The position numbers were made by a program, and so were the translations under genes. DNA of 5,192 bases from a virus, in the IMG/VR virus record IMGVR_UViG_3300039208_000077, positions 1 to 5,192 of that record; one strand, written 5' to 3'. The notes beneath the pieces were generated by a model. That model ran no database searches and had not been told where the DNA came from. It saw only the letters and a program-made list of their open reading frames with translations. Of this stretch, positions 1 through 5,063 are shown piece after piece; position 1 is the first letter of the stretch, and each line of letters begins with the position of its first letter.

Positions 1-99
1 GCCGAGAGCGAATATCCCGAGGTCGAGTTTTAATAGGAGTCATGGTCATAAGAGTACGTTTGATGTTGACTATTTGGTTCCGTTGTTGGTTGATGAGGT
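1..99. repeat. Terminal direct repeat, left copy (identical to 5094-5192); circularisation overlap of a circular genome
   Basis: Base-by-base comparison: gccgagagcgaatatcccgagg...ggttgatgaggt at 1-99 is identical to 5094-5192. The repeat lies inside the VP1 reading frame, which is continuous across the junction. Confidence 0.97.
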
Positions 100-1552
100 C
101 GTCCCCGGAGACACGTTTAATTGCAATTTGAATTTCTTTGCGAGATTGGCGACTCCTTTGCATCCGATTATGGATAATTTGTATTTGGAGACGTTTTTCT
201 TTTTTGTTCCGTACAGGTTAGTTTGGGACAATTGGCGTAAGATGCACGGAGAGCAGGATAATCCGGCGGATTCGATTGATTTTACGACGCCGGTTAGGAC
301 TATTGGTGGTGGTTATCCCGAAGGTAGTTTGCAGGATTATTTAGGCATTCCGCCGGGTGTGCAGTGTACGCATAGTACGTTGCCTATGAGGTGCTATAAC
401 CTTATTTACAATGAGTGGTTCCGCGATCAGAATTTGCAAGATAGTGCGGTTGTGGATAAGGACAATGGGCCCGATGGTGGTTCTAGCGATTATTTTTTGC
501 GTAAGCGCGGAAAGAGGCACGATTATTTTACGTCGTGTTTGCCGTGGCCTCAGAAAGGAGATGCTGTTGCGTTGCCGCTTGGTACGATGGCGCCGGTTAG
601 TGGTATTGGTTTAGATGTTGCTGATACAGGTTCAACGGCGTCTACGCTTGGTATTCGAGAGACTGGTGGTCCGCCGACCGTTACGTATGACAATCATTGG
701 ACTAGTGGTGACGCGAATTTGAGGTTTAGAGCTGAGACAGGCAATACTTCGTATCCGGATATTTTTGCGGATCTTAGTTTAGCTACGGCAGCGACTGTTA
801 ATGATTTGCGTTTGGCGTTTCAGACTCAGAGGTTGCTTGAAAGAGATGCGCGTTCTGGTACAAGGTATAATGAGCTTATTTTGGCTCACTTTGGTGTTAC
901 TGTTCCTGATTTTCGTATTCAGCGTCCCGAGTTCCTCGGTGGTGGCAGTAGCGTTATTAACATTAATCCTGTTGCTCAGACTAGTGGTCAGTCTGTCCCG
1001 GCTACTGATGATCATCTTGGGCAGTTGTCTGCTTATGGCACTGTGTCTGGCCGTCATGGGTTCACTAAGTCGTTTACCGAGTATGGTTTGATAATGTGCC
1101 TTGGCAATGTGCGTGGTGATATTACCTATAGTCAGGGTCTTGAGCGTTTTTGGTTAAAGACTACGCGGTATGATTACTATTACCCTGTGTTGGCGACTAT
1201 TGGCGAGCAGGCTGTGACTAATTCGGAGATTTATCATCAGAATACTACTGCAGATGATGATGTGTTTGGTTATCAGGAGAGGTATGCCGAGTATAGGTAT
1301 AAGCCGGCGCGATTGAGTGGTCGTTTTCGTCCGTCGTCTGCTTCGACGTTGAAGTCTTGGACTGTTAGCGAGGAGTTTACTACTTTGCCGACGCTTGGTG
1401 ATACGTTTATTCAGAGTAACACTGGTGATCCGCTTGATGATGCGATTCAGATTAATACGGAGCCGCATATTATCTTTGATGGTTACTTCGATATGAAGTG
1501 TGCTCGGCCGATGCCGTTGTATGGTGTTCCCGGCAATTTGGATCATTTCTGA
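2..1552 (+). CDS. VP1: Major capsid protein VP1 (Microviridae F-like jelly-roll capsid); 5'-truncated only by the linearisation point
   Basis: The open frame runs from nt 2 to TGA 1550-1552. The ORF-track start at 74 is a TTG inside the frame. Conserved gokushovirus VP1 motifs: [93 protein letters not shown]. Confidence 0.95.
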   Translation, partial: PRANIPRSSFNRSHGHKSTFDVDYLVPLLVDEVVPGDTFNCNLNFFARLATPLHPIMDNLYLETFFFFVPYRLVWDNWRKMHGEQDNPADSIDFTTPVRTIGGGYPEGSLQDYLGIPPGVQCTHSTLPMRCYNLIYNEWFRDQNLQDSAVVDKDNGPDGGSSDYFLRKRGKRHDYFTSCLPWPQKGDAVALPLGTMAPVSGIGLDVADTGSTASTLGIRETGGPPTVTYDNHWTSGDANLRFRAETGNTSYPDIFADLSLATAATVNDLRLAFQTQRLLERDARSGTRYNELILAHFGVTVPDFRIQRPEFLGGGSSVININPVAQTSGQSVPATDDHLGQLSAYGTVSGRHGFTKSFTEYGLIMCLGNVRGDITYSQGLERFWLKTTRYDYYYPVLATIGEQAVTNSEIYHQNTTADDDVFGYQERYAEYRYKPARLSGRFRPSSASTLKSWTVSEEFTTLPTLGDTFIQSNTGDPLDDAIQINTEPHIIFDGYFDMKCARPMPLYGVPGNLDHF

Positions 1553-2277
1553 TGGGTTTCTGGAGTGCTTTGGCTCCGTTCGCTGGTCCGCTGGCTGGTT
1601 TGTATGGTTCGTCGCAGGCCGCCAGCGGGCAACGTTCAACGAATAGAATGAATCAGCAGTTGGCGAGAGAGCAGATGCAATTTCAAGAGCGGATGTCGAA
1701 TACTGCTGTGCAGAGGCGAATGGAGGACTTGCGTAGAGCAGGTATTAACCCGATTTTGGCAGGTAAGTTTGATGCTAGTAGTCCTGCAGGTGCTATGGCC
1801 GTTATGGGTAATCCCGGTGCGGCAGGTGCGCAAGGTTTTCAGCAGGTAGGTTCTAGTGCGATGGAGATGTCGAAGATTGCGGATACGTTGGATCAAGTTC
1901 GTAGCAGAACTAATTTGACTGAGACGCAGACGAGAGCGTTGGAGTTTATGGCGAGTTTGTCAGAGAAAGGAGCCTCAGGCTTAGATGATTTGATTAGTTA
2001 TCTGGAAGGTAATCGTGACCAGATAATGGATTTTATTATGTCTTTGCCTGAATACGCTCGTAATACAGCGCAGGAGTTGCTTAGAGGCATGCGAGAATGG
2101 ACTAGTCACAGGTTTGATAATGTGGACAGTTGGATGTCGTATTACGGAGAGTTGCTGGAGCAGTTTTTACAAGGATTTGGCGAAGGCGCTGGTTTCGGTG
2201 ATGCTAAGAGATTCAATGAAGGTATTCGTAATTTTGATGAAAGAGTTCGTGATTTTGACCGGAGGTTCATGCAATGA
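1552..2277 (+). CDS. VP2: Minor capsid / DNA pilot protein VP2 (241 aa)
   Basis: ATG 1552 overlaps the VP1 stop (TGATG), suggesting translational coupling. The N-terminus [19 protein letters not shown] is Gly/Ala-rich. It is followed by the conserved gokushovirus VP2 motif [28 protein letters not shown]. The ORF-track start at 1498 is a GTG inside VP1 and is unlikely. Confidence 0.9.
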   Translation: MGFWSALAPFAGPLAGLYGSSQAASGQRSTNRMNQQLAREQMQFQERMSNTAVQRRMEDLRRAGINPILAGKFDASSPAGAMAVMGNPGAAGAQGFQQVGSSAMEMSKIADTLDQVRSRTNLTETQTRALEFMASLSEKGASGLDDLISYLEGNRDQIMDFIMSLPEYARNTAQELLRGMREWTSHRFDNVDSWMSYYGELLEQFLQGFGEGAGFGDAKRFNEGIRNFDERVRDFDRRFMQ

Positions 2278-2768
2278 GTATGTTGGAGAAAAAGCCGAAG
2301 AATTACGATGATGGACGTACTGTTCAGTCGTTTAAGGATTCGGCGGATATTAATAAGATTTTGGACAAGGCGCAAAGGAAGGGCTCGCTTGCGCATGTTC
2401 AGAAGTATCCACAACACGTGTACGGAGAGTTTGACGGTGTTGATTTGCTTGGCGCTTTGCAGCGTGTAGAGCGAGCTAGGACGATTTTCGCAGAATTACC
2501 GTCCGAGGTGCGAGCGGAGTTTGATCAAGATGCGTTTAAGTTTGTAGCGTTTGCAGCAGACCCGGCGAATAATGCGAGGCTTGCCGAGTTGTTGCCTGCT
2601 ATTGCTGAGCCGGGTAGGTATTTCCCGAATCCGGTGAGCAGAGGCGCAACAGGAGCCGCGCAGGCGACTCCCCAGGTATCGCCGACAGAGACGCAGGATG
2701 CCGGGGTGCAGACAGAAGAGGCGCCGACAGGCGCGGCCGAGGAGGCTGCCGCGACAGCGGCCGAGTAG
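2274..2768 (+). CDS. VP3: Internal scaffolding protein VP3 (164 aa) with an unusual Ala/Glu/Thr/Pro-rich C-terminal tail
   Basis: GGAGG at 2261-2265 lies 8 nt upstream of ATG 2274. There is an ATGA overlap with the VP2 stop. The pattern [15 protein letters not shown]...[28 protein letters not shown] matches the Chlamydia-phage-type scaffold (VP3). Confidence 0.88.
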   Translation: MSMLEKKPKNYDDGRTVQSFKDSADINKILDKAQRKGSLAHVQKYPQHVYGEFDGVDLLGALQRVERARTIFAELPSEVRAEFDQDAFKFVAFAADPANNARLAELLPAIAEPGRYFPNPVSRGATGAAQATPQVSPTETQDAGVQTEEAPTGAAEEAAATAAE

Positions 2769-2796
2769 CCAGTTCCGTTACTTGTCGTGAACTGGC
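2768..2796 (+). other. Stem-loop overlapping the VP3 stop codon (8-bp stem, 13-nt loop)
   Basis: gccagttc (2768-2775) is the exact reverse complement of gaactggc (2789-2796). Confidence 0.7.
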
Positions 2797-2797
2797 T

Positions 2798-2865
2798 AAC
2801 TGACACCACCCTGAAAGGGCCGGCGATGGCCGGCCCTTTTTTTGTTTGTGTTTTTGGTGTCAGTT
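2798..2865. repeat. 11-bp long-range inverted repeat enclosing the terminator hairpin
   Basis: aactgacacca (2798-2808) is the exact reverse complement of tggtgtcagtt (2855-2865). The 46 nt between the arms contain the terminator stem-loop. Confidence 0.75.
2814..2843 (+). terminator. Rho-independent terminator after the VP1-VP2-VP3 block
   Basis: gggccggc (2817-2824) pairs with gccggccc (2829-2836) around a GATG loop. The stem is extendable by AAA/TTT and is followed by T7 (2837-2843). Confidence 0.85.
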
Positions 2866-2874
2866 TTGTATACT
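2846..2874 (+). promoter_or_regulatory. Candidate sigma70-like promoter for the accessory cassette (-35 ttgtgt, 17-nt spacer, -10 tatact)
   Basis: tatact at 2869-2874 matches TATAAT at 5 of 6 positions. ttgtgt at 2846-2851 is a weak -35. It sits between the terminator and the RBS of the 2904 ORF. Pattern match only. Confidence 0.3.
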
Positions 2875-2903
2875 AGTTTTTGTGTAACAGAGGAGATAGA
2901 GAG

Positions 2904-3101
2904 ATGGAAGAAGAAGACTTTGTGAGTCTGGTTGAAGAGGTACTAACTTGGTACTGTGAGCAGCATCATGGCTGGTTGGATTTGGTCGAGGACTGGATCG
3001 ACAGGTACGATGCTTCGCCGGAGGAGATAGAAGAGGCGAAGAATGTTGCGCTTGGTTCGAAAGCGTTTAGGCAGGCCAGAATGCTTGGAAGGAGCAGTTG
3101 A
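2904..3101 (+). CDS. Hypothetical small, highly acidic protein (65 aa), no recognised family
   Basis: AGGAG at 2891-2895 lies 8 nt upstream of ATG 2904. The ORF-track TTG start at 2880 is unlikely. Translation: MEEEDFVSLVEEVLTWYCEQHHGWLDLVEDWIDRYDASPEEIEEAKNVALGSKAFRQARMLGRSS. It has 16 D/E in the first 44 residues and is rich in Trp/Tyr. Confidence 0.6.
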   Translation: MEEEDFVSLVEEVLTWYCEQHHGWLDLVEDWIDRYDASPEEIEEAKNVALGSKAFRQARMLGRSS

Positions 3102-3128
3102 TGTATAGGATACGGCGGAAGGTGTTGT

Positions 3129-3374
3129 ATGTCTTGTACAGAGGAAAGTACGTCGAAGCGGAGCTGCTTCGAAAGTTTGGCTTCGTATAGCCATTTTGAT
3201 TTCATTGAAGAGGAGTGGAGACCGTTGGCTGATCAAGGAAAAATTGAGCAGTTGCGTGCGAGTTTAGCACGTGAGGAAAACAAGTTGCCGCGGCAGGTGA
3301 AAGCGGTGCAGGCGACAGAAGGCCTGATTGCAGTCATCAAGGCTGAGCTTGAAAGAGAGTTGAAGAAAGCGTAG
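3129..3374 (+). CDS. Hypothetical protein (81 aa) with a predicted amphipathic or coiled-coil C-terminal half, no recognised family
   Basis: GGAAGGTG (3117-3124) places its GG 6 nt upstream of ATG 3129. The C-terminus KIEQLRASLAREENKLPRQVKAVQATEGLIAVIKAELERELKKA is heptad-like. The ORF ends 33 nt before a strong terminator. Confidence 0.55.
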   Translation: MSCTEESTSKRSCFESLASYSHFDFIEEEWRPLADQGKIEQLRASLAREENKLPRQVKAVQATEGLIAVIKAELERELKKA

Positions 3375-3406
3375 AGTCCAGGCTGCCTAGCCCCAAGGCA
3401 GCGTTT

Positions 3407-3446
3407 GGCCCCAGGGGGACGGTTACCCCCCTCTGGGGCCTTTTTT
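3407..3446 (+). terminator. Rho-independent terminator closing the accessory cassette
   Basis: ggccccag (3407-3414) pairs with ctggggcc (3433-3440). An inner gggg/cccc extension follows, then T6 (3441-3446). A smaller hairpin, gctgcc (3382-3387) with ggcagc (3397-3402), precedes it. Confidence 0.85.
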
Positions 3447-3460
3447 ATGAGGAGAATGTG

Positions 3461-3592
3461 ATGGCTAATCAGACGTTTGGTAGGAAGAGTATGAGTTATA
3501 AGGGTTCGCAGGCGTATTTTTCGGCGACTGCGTCGAAGACTCATTACAAGAATGTGCAGGCGCGCCCGCAGCGCGGTGGAATTAGGTTGTAG
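3461..3592 (+). CDS. ORF8: Small basic DNA-binding/packaging protein (43 aa), gokushovirus ORF8/VP8-like and a functional analogue of phiX174 J; not in the supplied ORF track
   Basis: GAGGAG at 3449-3454 lies 6 nt upstream of ATG 3461. Manual translation: MANQTFGRKSMSYKGSQAYFSATASKTHYKNVQARPQRGGIRL*. It has 8 K/R, one His and no acidic residues. The H.KN...RP.RGGIRL C-terminus matches, from memory, the conserved end of gokushovirus ORF8 proteins. Confidence 0.75.
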   Translation: MANQTFGRKSMSYKGSQAYFSATASKTHYKNVQARPQRGGIRL

Positions 3593-4634
3593 GCGTGTGC
3601 CGTGTGTTTCTCCGTTGAAGGGCTATAAATGCCCAGAGACAGGCGGTTTAGTTTTCAGGAGAGATAATGTCAGAGAGAAAATGGAGGTTGCTTGCGGTCA
3701 GTGTCTTGGCTGTCGTTTGGATTATCGTCGTATGTGGGCAGCCCGGATCAATCATGAAGCCGCAATGCACGAATATAATGCAGGTAATTGTTTTATTACT
3801 TTGACGTATAGGGATAAGTCGAGGTGTGATGAGGAACAGTGGTTGCGCGGTAAGCATGTTCCTGATGATTGGAGTCTGAATAAGAAGCATTTTCGAGACT
3901 TCATGAAGCGATTGCGAAAGCATTTTGGAGAGCAGAAAGTTCGTTTTTACCATTGCGGAGAGTACGGAAATGTTTGTAAGCACGGTGTTCGGTTGGATGT
4001 CGTTCGCTGCCCTTTGTGTAATGTTGGGCGTCCCCATTATCATGCTGCCCTTTTTAATTGCGATTTTAGTGATTTAGAGGCGTATGAGACGGACGACTAT
4101 GGTGATTTTCGGTATACGAGCCCCACATTGGAAAGATTGTGGGGTTTCGGAAATGTGGATGTAGGTGATTTGAACTATGAGAGCGCCGCGTATATTGCAG
4201 GATATGTGATGGAAAAGATCACTGGTGTAAAAGCTGATGACCATTATTATGCGGTGTCGTTCGATGGTGAGGTTACTTACTTGCAGCCGGAGTACGCGAC
4301 AATGAGTAGAGGCAGGCCTTGTGCGGATCATGATCATATAACGGTCGGTTGTGACCGGTGCGATGGAGGCATCGGTTGGAGTTGGTTTAATAAGTACAAA
4401 GATGATGTGTTTCCTAGAGATCAGGTTCCGGTAGTTGGTAAGGGTGTTTTGAAAAAAGCGCCTCGGTACTATGAGACTATTTATGCTGAGGAGAATGCGA
4501 CCAGTTTGGAAGAGGTCAAAAGGATTCGGCAGGAGTTTCGTAAGGCGCATGAACATGATTACACGCCGGAGAGGTTGCTTGATAAGTATAAGGTTTTGGC
4601 TGCTAGAGAGTCGTTAAAGAGTAAAGAGCTTTGA
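3552..4634 (+). CDS. VP4: Replication initiation protein VP4 (HUH rolling-circle endonuclease, phiX174 gpA family); start uncertain (ATG 3552 or GTG 3597)
   Basis: Motifs: PCVSPLKGY, ACGQCLGCRLDYRRMWAARINHEAAMH, NCFITLTY, FMKRLRK, RFYHCGEYG, HUH motif RPHYHAALFN (H162/H164, nt 4035-4043) and catalytic Tyr motif SAAYIAGYVMEKITG (nt 4179-4217). GTG 3597 would give the canonical MPCxSPL N-terminus and avoid overlap with ORF8. ATG 3552 overlaps ORF8 by 41 nt. Confidence 0.93.
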   Translation: MCRRARSAVELGCRRVPCVSPLKGYKCPETGGLVFRRDNVREKMEVACGQCLGCRLDYRRMWAARINHEAAMHEYNAGNCFITLTYRDKSRCDEEQWLRGKHVPDDWSLNKKHFRDFMKRLRKHFGEQKVRFYHCGEYGNVCKHGVRLDVVRCPLCNVGRPHYHAALFNCDFSDLEAYETDDYGDFRYTSPTLERLWGFGNVDVGDLNYESAAYIAGYVMEKITGVKADDHYYAVSFDGEVTYLQPEYATMSRGRPCADHDHITVGCDRCDGGIGWSWFNKYKDDVFPRDQVPVVGKGVLKKAPRYYETIYAEENATSLEEVKRIRQEFRKAHEHDYTPERLLDKYKVLAARESLKSKEL

Positions 4635-4648
4635 AGGATAATAGCTGG

Positions 4649-4807
4649 ATGCGTGACATGAAGACTGTGAGGCCGAAAAAGGAAATTTTAGGCGTTAGCA
4701 ATTTGACGGCGGCGCGTATAGCGCACGCAGTTTGGAAGAGAAAATACGGTGGAAACCGTTGGGAAGCGTTTAAGAGGAGAAACAAGAATGAAGTCACCGA
4801 TGTTTAG
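4649..4807 (+). CDS. Possible small basic protein (52 aa) with a helix-turn-helix-like core; speculative
   Basis: Manual translation: MRDMKTVRPKKEILGVSNLTAARIAHAVWKRKYGGNRWEAFKRRNKNEVTDV*. AAGGA (4634-4638) lies 10 nt upstream of the ATG. The ORF fills the otherwise non-coding VP4-VP5 spacer and overlaps the VP5 start by 20 nt. It is below the ORF-track size cut-off. Confidence 0.3.
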   Translation: MRDMKTVRPKKEILGVSNLTAARIAHAVWKRKYGGNRWEAFKRRNKNEVTDV

Positions 4808-5063
4808 TGTTTTTGACAGTGTTACAGGTGTTTATGATCGTCCGTTTTTGGCGTTGAATGATGCGTCCGCGGTTCGGTCGTTTACGGATTTGGCTAAGGA
4901 TAAGAATACCATGGTAGGTATGCATCCGGAGCATTATTCTTTGCATTTTGTTGGAGTTTGGGATGACGGCAAGGCAGAGATTACGTTGCAAGGCAATAAG
5001 AGATGTTTGGCAAGAGGTCATGAAGTGATTGCGCAGAAATTGGAGGCTGTAGAAAATGCCTAG
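4788..5063 (+). CDS. VP5: VP5 non-structural protein (gokushovirus ORF5 family, 91 aa)
   Basis: GAGGAG at 4774-4779 lies 8 nt upstream of ATG 4788. The ORF-track GTG start at 4749 is unlikely. MKSPMFSVFDSVTGVYDRPFLALNDASAVRSFTDLAKDKNTMVGMHPEHYSLHFVGVWDDGKAEI fits the conserved F.V.D.K...F..PF...N...A.R.F.D......P.DY.L..IG.FDD pattern. Confidence 0.85.
   Translation: MKSPMFSVFDSVTGVYDRPFLALNDASAVRSFTDLAKDKNTMVGMHPEHYSLHFVGVWDDGKAEITLQGNKRCLARGHEVIAQKLEAVENA

Noticed and set aside
74-76. ORF-track start codons at 74 (TTG), 1498 (GTG), 2880 (TTG) and 4749 (GTG)
   Set aside because: These are the first permissible near-cognate codons in open frames, not real starts. Better-supported ATGs with SD sequences or coupling overlaps exist at 5056 (across the junction), 1552, 2904 and 4788.
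1-99. Terminal repeats as genuine DTRs of a linear phage genome or as a mobile-element boundary
   Set aside because: The repeat lies within, and preserves, the VP1 reading frame. The gene content is that of a circular ssDNA microvirus. An exact k-mer-sized overlap is typical of circular-contig assembly.
411-614. 67-aa +1-frame ORF nested in VP1 (Arg/Cys/Leu-rich)
   Set aside because: It has no SD and only a ~10-residue hydrophobic stretch. Its composition is what T3 bias predicts for an off-frame read. The case is much weaker than for 801-1091.
2114-2311. 65-aa ORF nested in the VP2 3' end and the VP3 start
   Set aside because: It has no SD, no motif and no coherent hydrophobic or charged domain. 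It is most likely an off-frame artefact.
2840-3125. XerC/XerD dif-like attachment site, as used by enterobacterial gokushovirus prophages
   Set aside because: I scanned the intergenic regions for the dif core (…ATAATGTATATTATGTTAAAT-like 11-6-11 architecture). Only trivial fragments (gtatac at 2868-2873, atgtata at 3101-3107) are present, and there are no paired arms. No integrase gene is present either.
3101-3190. 29-aa ORF (MYRIRRKVLYVLYRGKYVEAELLRKFGFV) starting with a TGATG overlap on the stop of the 2904 ORF
   Set aside because: The TGATG junction resembles the VP1/VP2 coupling. However, the ORF overlaps the better-supported, SD-preceded 81-aa ORF at 3129 in another frame and is very short. 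It cannot be distinguished from chance without comparative data.
3447-3461. Mini-ORF atg agg aga atg tga (4 codons) between the terminator and ORF8
   Set aside because: Its sequence is simply the GAGGAG Shine-Dalgarno of ORF8. It is too short to be meaningful, although a leader-peptide role cannot be formally excluded.
4703-4731. Possible promoter using the ttgacg -35-like hexamer in the VP4-VP5 spacer
   Set aside because: No acceptable -10 hexamer lies 16-18 nt downstream. tatagc is only 8 nt away. Not supportable from sequence alone.
779-5021. All minus-strand ORFs in the track (779-1057, 1154-1639, 1636-1896, 2142-2417, 2525-2809, 2943-3236, 2966-3205, 3233-3544, 3648-4043, 4074-4556, 4603-4797, 4794-5021)
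   Set aside because: Each lies antisense to a motif-supported + strand gene. Their translations are low-complexity (Ser/Arg/Ile/Leu/Thr/Asn-rich) with no recognisable motifs or SD sequences. Microviridae transcribe a single strand. The ORFs are explained as antisense shadows of T3-biased or GC-rich coding sequence.
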